DNA of 63,532 bases, counting the filler, from Globobulimina sp. (Eukaryota), in assembly GCA_003354225.1 (NCBI GenBank). It is 42 parts of 42 records of this genome, joined end to end, with 100 filler letters (N's around TTAATTAATTAA, not from the genome) between each part and the next. Parts side by side here need not be neighbours in the genome. Positions count along the whole stretch, not along the records: positions 48,493 to 49,906 come from PIVH01017052.1; positions 50,007 to 51,420 come from PIVH01017053.1; positions 51,521 to 52,934 come from PIVH01017054.1; positions 53,035 to 54,448 come from PIVH01017055.1; positions 54,549 to 55,962 come from PIVH01017056.1; positions 56,063 to 57,476 come from PIVH01017057.1; positions 57,577 to 58,990 come from PIVH01017058.1; positions 59,091 to 60,504 come from PIVH01017059.1; 34 more parts are not named here. One strand, given 5' to 3'. A model generated the notes under the pieces. That model made no database searches and had not been told where the DNA came from. It was given only the letters and a program-made list of their open reading frames with translations. The position numbers were made by a program, and so were the translations under genes. Of this stretch, positions 48,852-61,036 are shown piece by piece (the stretch's first letter is position 1; every line of letters begins with the position of its first letter).

Positions 48852-49850
48852 TTATTGTTTTAATAGAAAGTCAACTTTAACTAATTTATGATCTGAACAC
48901 AATGAATCACAATGCTCGTATTTTATCACTTGGAACAAGGTTAAAAAATGATCATTTGCAAAAACGTAATCAATCCTAGTGTCAAACCGACATGTTCCCA
49001 TTTTACCACTCAATACATTTTCCCACAATTCTCCTTCCATTACATTTTTAGAACAATCTTTTCGTTTAATATTGTTTAGTTTACTTTTTTTTTGTTTCTT
49101 TTTGCGATGATTCAATTTGTATTCATCAATGTTATCATCATTAAATTCCACATCCATTATTATATCGTCTTTTTGCTTCACACTCTTTCGTAAAACATAC
49201 AAACAGTCTTTGAAATATTTCTCATGATTTATGATTGATAATAATTTATATGGCGGCTTGCCCCAATTATTACCCTCAAAAATATCACATATTTGTTTCC
49301 ATTCATGTATCACATAATCATTTCTATGAAACGCATTTAAATCACCAAGCAAAATCAATGGATATTGTTTATATTTCTCAATCATTTTTGTCATTTCATT
49401 ATATTCGGACATTCGGCGTTTCTCGCAGTTATAACTCAAATGAACATTAATAACACCAATGACAATATTATTAAATACATCTGTTAATTGTATTAAATCT
49501 AACTGCATTCTATGATTTGCTTGCTTCGAATTGGAACGAATTTGTTGAATAATTTCATATTTTGAGAATAAAACAACACCGCAACGTCGTCCCATTGAAC
49601 TATATTTTAAACCATTTGTTTCTGCAAAATGAGTCTTGTATTTTGTGTCGGATTCTTGTGTGGCAAATATATCCAATCGTTTAATTTTAACGTATTGTTG
49701 TATTCTCGATTGGTTTGGTTTTGCCTTGCCATCTTTCCAACGATGAACGTTCCAACTGCCAATACTAAGGAAACATTCACTTGTTTGTGTTTCTGAAGTT
49801 TCAATGAAATTAATGAGTTCATCGAGCCGCTCTAACAAGCTATCTGCCAT
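48852..49850 (-). CDS. Endonuclease/exonuclease/phosphatase (EEP) domain protein
   Basis: SWNV, DIFATQE, NVHL, LLGDLN, RIDYVF and SDH. Confidence 0.9.
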   Translation of the reverse strand: MADSLLERLDELINFIETSETQTSECFLSIGSWNVHRWKDGKAKPNQSRIQQYVKIKRLDIFATQESDTKYKTHFAETNGLKYSSMGRRCGVVLFSKYEIIQQIRSNSKQANHRMQLDLIQLTDVFNNIVIGVINVHLSYNCEKRRMSEYNEMTKMIEKYKQYPLILLGDLNAFHRNDYVIHEWKQICDIFEGNNWGKPPYKLLSIINHEKYFKDCLYVLRKSVKQKDDIIMDVEFNDDNIDEYKLNHRKKKQKKSKLNNIKRKDCSKNVMEGELWENVLSGKMGTCRFDTRIDYVFANDHFLTLFQVIKYEHCDSLCSDHKLVKVDFLLKQ

Positions 49851-50006
49851 TTTAAAAAGTTTAAAGTGAAGTTTTTTCTCTATACTTACTAACAAAAACG
49901 ATTGTTNNNNNNNNNNNNNNNNNNNNNNNNNNNNNNNNNNNNNNNNNNNNTTAATTAATTAANNNNNNNNNNNNNNNNNNNNNNNNNNNNNNNNNNNNNN
50001 NNNNNN

Positions 50007-51420
50007 TGTGCCACTCAAACCCTGTTGTTTTTGTTGATGCATAGAAGCATTTACATTGACCTTAGTTTCTTTTATCGCATCATTTAAGTCATCATAATTT
50101 ATAGCAACTTCAAAGTGCGTATGTGCATGATCCTGATCCTGTATTTTCATTTCAATTAATTTATTTTTACATCGATGAAATGCATTTGTTTGGCCGACTG
50201 TAAATATCATATTTAAATCAGCGCCCGTAAAATATTGAGTTTCTTTTGTAATCAATTCAATGATTTGATTTATATCATCCAATGATTCGCTAAATTTTAT
50301 TTTTTTATTTTCTATAAGTTTGGTAATAATATCTTTCCTGTCATTTTGCGTAGGTATGGGACAAAATAATTTCTTATCCAATCGCCCAGGACGTAACAAT
50401 GCAGAATCAATGAGATCCGGTCTGGACGATGCAGCTAACACAAACACATTGGATTGGCTTTCAACGCCATCTAAAAAGGTTAATAATTGGTTGACAATCC
50501 GATCAGTTACACCCGTTGACTCTTTGCCTCGCAGTGGAACGATACTCTCAAACTCATCGAAAAATATGATACATGGACTATTCTGTTTTGCGCGTATAAA
50601 TACATCGCGTATGGCCGACTCGGATGCGCCAATATATTTATTCAACAGTTCAGGCCCTTTGACCCGAATTATATTTAAACCACATCGGTCTGCGATACAT
50701 TTACCAATCATTGTCTTACCACAACCGGACGGGCCATATAATAGGACCCCGGTCCGCATGGCCAACGATAATTTATTAAATATTACATTATATTTGGTGG
50801 GTGTCTCAAATATATCTAATAATTCTTGTTTAACCAATGATAAACCACCAATATCGTCCCATGACTCTTCCCTTTCGCTCTTATTATTATTATGATAGGT
50901 TTCTCGCATTGTGGGTGGAATAAAAGTCGATGATATCTTAATGATAATGTCGGCCATCGATGTCTCCATTGATGTATATGATGTATATTCAATCATACAT
51001 TGGTCGATAAACAATTTAATATCATGGTACGAGGCATATTTAAACCATTTGTTTCCATGGTTTAAGATTAATGTTTTCAAACTAGAGAAAGATATATTTT
51101 TATGCGCCAAATAACTATACAAATATTTTAGGTTATTATTCAAATGTTGTTTATCAACAATTTGTGATTTATTTTGTGCTTTATTTTCAGACATATTTAA
51201 ACAGAAAATTGTATGAAATATATCTAGAGATAAAAAGTGAATATCTAAACATGATGGATCTGTAATACACGATATAATCAAAACATTATCACAATTTTTG
51301 TTGATATTTTCAATGCATTTCAATAATTTATGTCCGATTTGGAATGATCGCATAGATAATACATTTATTGTTTCATTTGATTGGAATGGTATTAATTTAT
51401 CTAAATCATAAAATATAATC
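50007..51420 (-). CDS. PEX1: Peroxisome biogenesis AAA ATPase PEX1 (partial)
   Basis: GVLLYGPSGCGKT, KGPELLNKYIGASE, FFDEFES..RG..STGVTDRIVNQLLT.LDGVE and ALLRPGRLDK. Confidence 0.9.
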
Positions 51421-51520
51421 NNNNNNNNNNNNNNNNNNNNNNNNNNNNNNNNNNNNNNNNNNNNTTAATTAATTAANNNNNNNNNNNNNNNNNNNNNNNN
51501 NNNNNNNNNNNNNNNNNNNN

Positions 51521-52476
51521 TGTTCCCTTCAACTTCAAGCGGTTTGAGACAAACAATACCTATAATATGCAAAATATTGTTGGTGATTAATATTGTTTTA
51601 TTTATTTCCGAGTTTATATTCAGTTCATTAGTGAATTCATATTGTTTATCACCTTCAAGAATATTATCGCATCCAAGAGAATATGTACCATCATTATTTT
51701 TATCCAATTTGTTCCATTTAAACCCATTACAATCCGGTCCAATGGGCGTTTTTCACATTTTATTTAATATGATGACATTAATGAATATTGGCAGATTTTT
51801 AGAAAAGGAATTTGGTTCCATTGCATTTCTTGGAATTACCCTATTTTGTATTTTATTCGTGGGTCCATTACAAATCCCAATCTCTTATATTTTTCATACA
51901 ATCACCATGGGTAAAATTGAATTATTCTCAATGTATCAATGTGGCATTGGTTTCAGTGGAGTCTTATTTGGCTATTTCATAATTTATATAAAATTAATGC
52001 CCAATGAAGAGATGAATTTTTATGGACTAAAATGTAAAAAATGGTTGCTTCCCTTTATCCAATTATTAATTTTGTCATTCTTATTACAAGCATCATTCAT
52101 TGGGCATTTAAGTGGCATTCTCGTTGGAATGATATATATTTCTGGAATTCCTGGATGCTTTGAATGCAGACATAATTTAATCAAAAAAATTGAAAACTTA
52201 TCTTTCTTGGCATTTATTACAAATAGAAATGACTTTCATTGTGCCTCACAACAAGCGATAATAACAAAGATTAATATTATTCCATGTACAGATAATTCGA
52301 ATTCAAATAATAGCTCCGCATCATCATCAATACCATATTCCCGGGTTGCAACCACTGATAATCATATTAAATTAAATAAGAAATCTCGTGTTGAAATGAC
52401 AATTGTAAAGGGAATGATCGTCCCCAAATCATCTGCAACTTCAGATAACACGGGATCTGGTCTCTCTTTAATTTAA
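51521..52476 (+). CDS. Rhomboid protease (RHBDL4-like)
   Basis: HILFNM, catalytic GFSG and GHLSG. Confidence 0.9.
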
Positions 52477-52550
52477 AATATCCCACTGACACCATCCTAT
52501 GATAAATCCTTGCACACTGTTTTCAATATATTGTCGCAAATATCAAGTAA

Positions 52551-52934
52551 ATGACTTACCAAATTGACTTTGCCACATTAAAAGCAGCTAATATTCAATC
52601 ACAAGTGTTGGTATTTGGTTATGTGAGAGGTATTGAATCAGCAATGTCAACAACAGACTCTCGAGGAAATACTTTGCATACAAATGTACCACCTTTAATA
52701 TCATGGATGATTCTATCACACTTTCACATTTTTGAATATTTTGATGTTATTGGAAAACATTTAAAATATTCTGATGATAGAATGAGTATTACAAAAAATG
52801 ATCGGACATCGTGGAGAAATACGAGTTATGGTTCAGTGATTATAAGATCTGACATCAAGTCAATATGCAGATGGGATTTGAAAGTCATACGTTTGGATAC
52901 ATGTAGGAAAGTATTAATTGGTATAAAATGTGGT
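52551..52934 (+). CDS. SPRY-like family protein N-terminus
   Basis: LVFGYVR..VPPLI..I..HF then YGS.II..WDLK..LIGI, the same layout as 26029..26793. Confidence 0.6.
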
Positions 52935-53194
52935 NNNNNNNNNNNNNNNNNNNNNNNNNNNNNNNNNNNNNNNNNNNNTTAATTAATTAANNNNNNNNNN
53001 NNNNNNNNNNNNNNNNNNNNNNNNNNNNNNNNNNAGGAGGAGGAGGAACGGAGCAGAAACGTTCGGGATGGTCCTGTTCCCATGGAGGAGCGAAAGAACT
53101 TTCCGTTCCCCTACGATGCGGTCTCCGAACAATCTCTAAAGGCGATTTCCCTGGAACTCGAGAGTGCCTAAAAACAGTCAATAAATGATCTAGC

Positions 53195-54199
53195 ATGTAT
53201 CCTCCACTGCTCCTTATTTTATTCGCTCTGTCAACTGTGGTATTAAGTACTCTATGGTTCATTGCATGCCATCAATTCTGCATTACAAAGACCACAGACA
53301 AAAAACATATCTATAGAAGATTATTAGTAACATGTTATAGTTTGTGTGGTACGATAGTAAATATCTTATGGTATTTATCAACAATTTATCCGGAGAAGAG
53401 AGGCCATTTATTTCCCATTGCCATGGAGCTGGAAGCATGTTATACAATATTTGGATTGCATATATTTGCAATATATATGATCTCAGCAACACATCAACGA
53501 TACGTTCCACTCAATGCATATCCGCCAAAATGGATAAAAAGAGTATTTATTTTATGGGAAGCAATTGGTATCGTTGCTGTTATAATCTGTTATTCATTGC
53601 ATTTCATATACGGACAAATTGATTTCATTCATATATTTTATATTTTATTGGGATTTATTATAATTTTCCAAACATCGATAGGATTCTACTCATCACTCAA
53701 AGTATTAATTACTTTGAACAGTGTGCAAACGTATTCATTTAAAAACGATTTTAAAATCAAATCGGCCAAAAACGCAATGAAAGTTTCGCTGTTTATATCA
53801 ACTTTAATCATTGTTGCTGGTCTGACTGATATTTTAGTCAACATTCCAAACGTTTTGAAAACAAACAATTATGATGAGTCATTTAAGCAGAAATTATTTG
53901 ATGACAGTATGCATTCATTATTTTATTCGTTTCTTGTCATATCGTTAATTCTTTGGATTTATAAAAAAAACAAATGCTGTAAAAATATATGTGCACAAGA
54001 TTCAGTGTTTATGGCCTGGTGTTTTGGTGCGTATATATGTGCAATTTGTGGATGTAGAAATGATCAATATTCTGCGTATCGACATGATAATGTTAATGAG
54101 AAAAAGCGAATTTTAATACCAAATTCAGATCCGACAACAACCATAAATATGGACACAATTACAACAACTTTAACCACCACAGCAACTTCTATACAATGA
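53195..54199 (+). CDS. Seven-transmembrane (GPCR-like) protein
   Basis: About seven hydrophobic helices and a Cys-containing tail. Complete ORF. Confidence 0.7.
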   Translation: MYPPLLLILFALSTVVLSTLWFIACHQFCITKTTDKKHIYRRLLVTCYSLCGTIVNILWYLSTIYPEKRGHLFPIAMELEACYTIFGLHIFAIYMISATHQRYVPLNAYPPKWIKRVFILWEAIGIVAVIICYSLHFIYGQIDFIHIFYILLGFIIIFQTSIGFYSSLKVLITLNSVQTYSFKNDFKIKSAKNAMKVSLFISTLIIVAGLTDILVNIPNVLKTNNYDESFKQKLFDDSMHSLFYSFLVISLILWIYKKNKCCKNICAQDSVFMAWCFGAYICAICGCRNDQYSAYRHDNVNEKKRILIPNSDPTTTINMDTITTTLTTTATSIQ

Positions 54200-54268
54200 C
54201 ATATTTTTACATCCATACACTGCTATAATTCCATTTTTTCACTTTTGTATGTCTATCAATAAACACTT

Positions 54269-54339
54269 AGATTGAAGTCACACTAAATGTAATGAAGTTT
54301 TCATTGTCGAATTCATTACATTTAGTGTGACTTCAATCT
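54269..54339. repeat. Perfect 28-bp inverted repeat with a 15-nt loop
   Basis: AGATTGAAGTCACACTAAATGTAATGAA at 54269-54296 and its exact reverse complement at 54312-54339. Confidence 0.95.
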
Positions 54340-54548
54340 TACCTTTTCCTCTTTCAATTCATTTGACTTTTTAGGCTTAAACTTCTAAACACTTCTTTTG
54401 TGATTGGCAAGGTTTTTGGGTTAGCTAGAGTGGTTTTCAACCTAGTATNNNNNNNNNNNNNNNNNNNNNNNNNNNNNNNNNNNNNNNNNNNNTTAATTAA
54501 TTAANNNNNNNNNNNNNNNNNNNNNNNNNNNNNNNNNNNNNNNNNNNN

Positions 54549-55603
54549 TTGCAAGTACAGCAGAAACATACCGCAATGCCGCTAATTTTGCGAATATCGA
54601 ATGGATATTATTCACATTTATAAAGTTGTGATTGTTCCTTACAACTCGTATAACATCAGCTATATTGTCAATGTTTTGCACTTTCGACGCCAATTTATAT
54701 TGATGCACCTTCTTATTTTTTATGTCATTGTCCGATGGCGCAGTATCTAATCTATTTTGTATTGACCTTATTATCAGTTTACAAATGTGCGTTTCTGCGA
54801 TGATTACTAATCTCCCCGTCGGCTCTGAGTATATTTCACAGTCATAGCTGGTTTTCATTTGATTGATCCAGACGTGATTACGGGCGCAAACCCAAGATAT
54901 TTTATTATCCAATTCTATGAAAATAATTTTGTTTAAATAGGACATTAATAATTTCTTAGCCTTTTCAACTGCTTTCACTGTGCCGTAGATTGAAATTTGT
55001 CCGCTATAAAAGTTCAAGTGAATGAATGCTTGTGTTTTGTCCTGTAATTTGTGGATATTTGCATAGTTCCTACCGCCTACAAATCGTGTTTTATCTCCTG
55101 CATCGATGGTTGTTTTGTGCTGTGGAATGAATGAAGAAATTTCTATAAAATTCCAAAATAAAACGCATTGGATTAACTTGGAGAAACTCAGAATAAATTA
55201 ATGATTGGAATCTGCTGATATTGTCATTATTATTTGTTTGAATGTACAATGCTTTGTCGTTTCGCGTTTTTGTGATCAGACAATCACCGCATTGTTGCTG
55301 TAATTGTAGCATAGTTTGTGTTGATAAGTTCTCTGTGACTGGACCCAATCTAATCTCATAATCGTATGTATATGATTTATTATTATTATTATTAGCAACA
55401 GTAATTGTTGGAAGGGCGAGAGTTGCATTGATAGCAGGAGATTCTCGCAGTTTTATAGGTTGCTGTTGTGTTGCTGCGGAAGAACAGAGTCTGTAGCTAC
55501 CATTCAGTACTTTCGATTTGATGGAGGTACTAATGAATTGTTTATTTAGTACTTTTAGACGGAGTGTGGTTGCAAGACGCAGTGAGCGGGTTTGACATTG
55601 CAT
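54549..55603 (-). CDS. Probable mitochondrial protein with degenerate KH-like domains (spliced; 3' partial)
   Basis: Arg/Ser/Leu-rich presequence-like N-terminus and ISIYGTVKAVEKAKKLL. Two same-strand ORFs separated by a short gap. Confidence 0.5.
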
Positions 55604-56062
55604 ATCCGACAGTTAAGTTGTTTTTAATCTTTTTAATAAAATCCAACTCAAAAGAATGGGCAAGTTAAAGTTTGCTTGTCAAAGCCTAGCAGTTGTCATT
55701 CTATTTTCAATTGTCGTGATTACAACTGACCTTTTTCTAAACCCTGTCCCATACCATTTTAATCTGACCACCCGAGCCATTACAACTGATCTAAGTGCAA
55801 AGCCTGTATCATACCAAGTTAAATGTTCAAATATGTTGTAATCATATTTCAAATGCATTTGTTTCTTTTTAAAATTGAGGTCCATTCGTGGAATGATTTA
55901 TCTCTTTGGCGTAATGGCTTCAAGCAAGGAATGCATTATATGAAAATCGATGCGTATTTCATNNNNNNNNNNNNNNNNNNNNNNNNNNNNNNNNNNNNNN
56001 NNNNNNTTAATTAATTAANNNNNNNNNNNNNNNNNNNNNNNNNNNNNNNNNNNNNNNNNNNN

Positions 56063-56272
56063 CAACCCCGCAATCACTCGCTTTATTGCTTTGCAGTCAT
56101 TTGCTTTCTGCGGACATTCATCACTCTCATTATCCGTTTCGTTTGTTTTGTTCTCTAAAAATATATCAAAGTCGATTAATGTTTTCGATGTATCATCTTT
56201 AACGTTTTGTTTGTTTGTTTGTGTTGGTGGCACTGAGCGTGGTTTGTTTTCTTTTGACTGTTTATTGCCCAT
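56063..56272 (-). CDS. N-myristoylation-motif protein N-terminus, possibly ART-family
   Basis: MGNKQS, and C..KANDCKAIKRVIAGL resembling ACAHRIKKQL upstream of the 23134 ORF. Confidence 0.45.
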
Positions 56273-57733
56273 CGCGTATTTTACCTGTTCACGAAAAAGA
56301 AAATTTATTCGACAAAGTTGCATTTTTCAAATAAATTTGTCGTTTAAAATGTGATTAGAAATTGTGGATGCGATGACACTCAAAAATTGTGTTTGTTTTT
56401 AATTGCTGTTAATTGCGATGTACGTCCTTGGTAATAAGTGTGCGGCCATTCATACGCTGAATAAATATGTTGCATTAATTCCTATTACGATATACCTGCA
56501 TAAATGTACATATATTTTCAGTTTCAATCATAGCATCGAGTCACGGTGATAATGTCGTGGGTGATATCAATACGAATGATTTGATGAATGTGAATATGCG
56601 CACCTTTTTGCGTGATGCCATGAATATTAATTCCTACGAGAATTACTTGCATACCACATTTGTAATCGTATTTTTGAGTGTGCTCACATCCACAATTTCT
56701 AATCACAGCGCGCGTGGAATGCATATAACATTGGTTTTATATGCATAGATATTTCTTTCGATGCACTATACTAAACTGCGATGGTGGCAAGGTACACGTG
56801 GCAAAATAACTAAATAGTTTTGAAGTTAGTAATGTGGACTTTGAGAACAATTGACTATGTCTAACTAAGTGTTTTTTGAAACGTTAACTTTTAATGTTAA
56901 CTTTACACTGCGATGTCGTCTAGATCGGCAATTCTAAATATGATTCCTCCTAAGGAATTTCATCTAGCTGTTTCTAAATCATATTTAGAACGATCTAAAT
57001 TAGAGCCTTCCCGATTTACTTTTTCAAGAATCGACTTTTTGTGAAATCAAGCAAAAAGCATTCGGAAGTCATATGGAAGCCGTGGATTGGGTTTAATGAA
57101 AATTAAGACGCTGAAGAAGATATTAAATATCGACCTAGCTCAATTGCCAGAGCATTTCTCCAATTAACCAAACAGAATGACAGAGTTGTTGTTCAATCCA
57201 TTAAGATCCAAAATGGTGTTGTGAATCGTATAGAATTGAGCCACATCAAAAATTAGTTTTGGCAGCAAATCAACAATCAGTTAAACTGTTACTTGACACA
57301 AAAGAAGAAATTTTCAAAAACTGTTCAAAAGTCATTAGGCAAAAATGTGCAAGATCATGGTGTATATCCTATATTTGTGGGAAGGAAAATAGGTTAATAA
57401 TAAAATGTTAAAGGTAACATTTAACTTTTTGCTTTTCAGTTTGAAATTACTGTTTTTTACTGTAAACTCTTTGAATNNNNNNNNNNNNNNNNNNNNNNNN
57501 NNNNNNNNNNNNNNNNNNNNTTAATTAATTAANNNNNNNNNNNNNNNNNNNNNNNNNNNNNNNNNNNNNNNNNNNNTGCGTTTACCACCACTCCGATTTA
57601 TAAGAAACCGCAACAAAAAGTATACCTCGGATGTCATGCAAGTGCATATGGAGCAATTATTGAATATTATAAAAATATTAAAATAAATAGTGATAGATTT
57701 TGGCAACTTATTCAAAAAATTGATGATCAGATA

Positions 57734-58129
57734 TTGGGCGATGATATGGTAACAAAAGTATATAAAAATAAATTTCCGTACATGAATGTTAAAAAATTTT
57801 ATAAAGATATATTAGAAAATAAAATTAATTTTGCTGATATATCATGGGCAGGCGGTTTAGTATCAAATCCAGGCGTAATGGATATAAATAAACCATATTG
57901 GAAACATAAATGTATTCAAGTATATGGAGGAGGTAATGGTATGACTGGATTTGGAGGGGCATATATTTTGGGGGGTGCTATGATCAAAGGCATTGACAAA
58001 ATGATTATATTATTCAGTTATGGTTTACAATATTTCAATGAGAATACAGCCCAAAAGATTGTGGATAAATTAAAATATAAAATGGAACTAATTGCATCCT
58101 TAAAAACAAATTACCAGTCAAAACTATAA
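57734..58129 (+). CDS. Peroxisome-targeted (SKL) protein C-terminus, condensation/alcohol acyltransferase-like
   Basis: LVSNPG motif, terminal helix and a PTS1 SKL. Confidence 0.5.
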   Translation: MGDDMVTKVYKNKFPYMNVKKFYKDILENKINFADISWAGGLVSNPGVMDINKPYWKHKCIQVYGGGNGMTGFGGAYILGGAMIKGIDKMIILFSYGLQYFNENTAQKIVDKLKYKMELIASLKTNYQSKL

Positions 58130-58269
58130 ATAAAATTTGTAAACTTAATATCAAACCGTTCAAGCTGAGTAGGTTACAGATCCCTAAAGTTTTTTAACAT
58201 TTGTCGTCTTCCACGGCACCACATTGGGTATTGGGGAATATTATATTACAGAACAAGTACGTGTCACAT

Positions 58270-58776
58270 TTATAAAATGATACATGAACAACATTTGTTT
58301 TTTTTTGATTTTTTAACTGAACCACCTCCGATTAGTGATATTTGCAATTCATTTCCAGTTTGATATGTTTGGTTTGTGATAGATGGTAATATTAATAGTT
58401 GTAATGGTTTTGGTTTGCCATCAACATCATAATAGCCACGACATTGATTACAACCACAACGTTTCAAATCCATTGGGCTCCACTTAGTATAATTATATAC
58501 AAAGTTATTTACATCGCGGTAATCCATTTTGAGTAACAATTGTTTTAATGTTTTTGCAGTTAAACATATCATTTGGCGATGTCTTTTATCAAATTGCTGT
58601 GGGTGTCCATCTTTGTAATAAAACCATTCATTATTTCTTAAAATACCCAAAATGTCGCTTGGTTGAAAAGGATAACCTTCAGAATATTTTTGTATCCCCA
58701 TTCTGTACCAATATATCTCATATATATAATAATCTAACATTTGTATTTGATTTTCAATTTTATGTGGCGATAACAT
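58270..58776 (-). CDS. CAAX-prenylated protein, last exon
   Basis: Ends KKSKKNKCCSCIIL. Confidence 0.6.
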   Translation of the reverse strand: MLSPHKIENQIQMLDYYIYEIYWYRMGIQKYSEGYPFQPSDILGILRNNEWFYYKDGHPQQFDKRHRQMICLTAKTLKQLLLKMDYRDVNNFVYNYTKWSPMDLKRCGCNQCRGYYDVDGKPKPLQLLILPSITNQTYQTGNELQISLIGGGSVKKSKKNKCCSCIIL

Positions 58777-59091
58777 TCCTTTTGTCTCTTTAATTCATAT
58801 TATATATATTTATACAGAAACACAAACACAAATAGAAATAAATTAATTAATTAAATTATATACCTGTAATGTTCAAAAATCGAGTGATATTTTCTCGTGC
58901 GCGCGTTTGAATGCTTTTGATTGCTTTTTTTGTTAAAGGAGAAACATCCAAATGTGCGATTAATTAATTTTTCTGAGTCTTTTTTATTGGNNNNNNNNNN
59001 NNNNNNNNNNNNNNNNNNNNNNNNNNNNNNNNNNTTAATTAATTAANNNNNNNNNNNNNNNNNNNNNNNNNNNNNNNNNNNNNNNNNNNNT

Positions 59092-59184
59092 TTTAAATTC
59101 ATAAAATCATTTAAACATGAATATGACATACAACTGGACCCTGTTTATACAGGTAAAATGTTTTTTGGCTTATTTGAATTGCTC
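59092..59184 (+). CDS. Fragment of a bacterial-type ACC deaminase/D-cysteine desulfhydrase
   Basis: FKFIKSFKHEYDIQLDPVYTGKMFFGLFELL contains the family motif LDPVYTGK. Confidence 0.7.
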
Positions 59185-60122
59185 GGAGCGAAGGTAAAAA
59201 TCTGTTGGTTAAACTATGGACATTGCATAACATTCCAATGGACCGATTAGTTGGTGGTGCAATGGATAACTGTTCAACTATGATGGGAGCAGTTGGTGGT
59301 GTTAAGACTTTAATGTTGGAAGATTTTGTACATTTTAAATTGGTGCAAGGCGACGGATGTCATTTAATAACAATTTGCAGCAATAATAGTATTAAAACTA
59401 AATTTAATGATAACATTAAAGAAATTGGTATGTTTTCCACTGATTTTTATGTGCTATAAAATAATAAAAATATGTATATATAATGTAACATGCACATAGT
59501 TGAAAACACAAAACAAAGTCGAAATATTGCAAATTATACACGTAAATCATGTAAAGCCAGGAATTTAATACGTTTTATTGATCCCAAATGCACTCAAATC
59601 AAAGCATTGCACCGTTTTAGATGGAAATCACAAGCATCGCATAATAAATCCATGATTCAATCATACAAAGCGTGGCGAATAGCAATTCCTGTGATTGGTA
59701 AGACAACACAGAAAAAAACAAGAGTTAAATTGCAAGCTGCTATAAATCATTATAAACAATACAGCAATGCAAAGTTATTAGCAATTGAAACGGATATAAA
59801 TCAATTAACAGCGTGCTTAATAGCAATGTATGAGACAAATGAGTTACAATTTGACGATTTTGAAGGGACATTGAAAAATTATAAATTAAAATATCGACTA
59901 TTATTGACGAAATGCGGTAAATATGAATCAGAATTCAATGAAATGATAGATATAATCGATGAAGAAACAACTAATAAATTAGAAATATTATTTGATCAGA
60001 GATTGAAATTAATGCAGGAAGGAAGGAAGAAAAATGCCAATGAGAATATCCATGTAACCTCTCCTCCAAATCCAAACAATACAAACAGCAAAGGTATGAT
60101 ATTAAGAGTTATTGACAAATGA
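59185..60122 (+). mobile_element. hAT-like DDE transposase fragment
   Basis: GGAMDNCSTMMGAVGGV..L..GDGCHLITI resembles D(2)..M.G...GV..CxxH. FRW occurs in the next ORF. Confidence 0.55.
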
Positions 60123-60327
60123 TATCACATCGCAGCTACATTAAAAGTGCAAATAACATGGTAATAATGCACGTAAACAAAAAATCAAAATATTGTAAAA
60201 GTTGCACCAAATATATTCAAAGCGCATACCATTGGGAGGGAACAGTTATTTTTTATTTTTCCGATCTATTTTATGGCGTTTACTGAGTTATTTTATTATT
60301 TTTATCAGATATTAATTATAAAAAGTT

Positions 60328-60504
60328 GGATGGGATATGGCGCAGTTTGCAGTGTGTAGCTATGGATGGGATACGGCGCAGTTTGCAGTGTGTAGCTATG
60401 GATGGGATACGGCGCAGTTTGCAGTGTGTAGCTATGGATGGGATATGGCGCAGTTTGCAGTGTGTAGCTATGGATGGGATATGGCGCAGTTTGCACTGTG
60501 TAGC
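60328..60504 (+). repeat. 36-bp minisatellite, about 5 copies, truncated by the contig end
   Basis: Head-to-tail GGATGGGATA(T/C)GGCGCAGTTTGCAGTGTGTAGCTAT. Confidence 0.95.
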
Positions 60505-61036
60505 NNNNNNNNNNNNNNNNNNNNNNNNNNNNNNNNNNNNNNNNNNNNTTAATTAATTAANNNNNNNNNNNNNNNNNNNNNNNNNNNNNNNNNNNNNNNN
60601 NNNNTTCTTGAAATTTATGAAGGCCTTTTTTTTTAGATAATAACCAGTTCCATAAAGCCAATGAAAAGATTCGAGAAAGCCAATGCAGAGGACGAAAATA
60701 GTAAAATTATCACGGATAAAAAAGCTGGAGCCACGTTGGTGCATCAATTAAGGAAACAAGGCTATCAAAACGAAGTTTGTATATTCACCGGATATGCTCC
60801 GCATGCTATTAAGTGTTGCGATGAGTTGGGCTGTACACAAAATATAATTGCTACAACCAGTACCGAAGAGTGTTATAAATTTTGCAAATATTAATCATTG
60901 AATAATGTGTAGATTAATATTGTCCACATACCAATATGTTTTATATAAGAATGTTGTTGTGTGTTTGTATATATATATGTCATGTCTGCTTCACTGTTTT
61001 TTTTAATATAATTTCCAATCTTTAGCTCAAACTACC

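Noticed and set aside
48852-49850. LINE endonuclease
   Set aside because: A stand-alone EEP ORF that terminates without a downstream RT.
50320-50895. Antisense ORFs of 60-190 aa opposite real genes (this one, 5491..5736, 62733..63161 and others)
   Set aside because: Shadow frames of well-supported CDSs with no motifs of their own.
45711-58129. Apparent metabolic or peroxisomal cluster (PGLS, PEX1, SKL protein)
   Set aside because: The genes lie on different contigs ordered only by length.
60328-60504. 36-bp repeat as a CRISPR array
   Set aside because: The units are head-to-tail with no unique spacers, and no cas genes are present. The ORFs over it are repeat artefacts.
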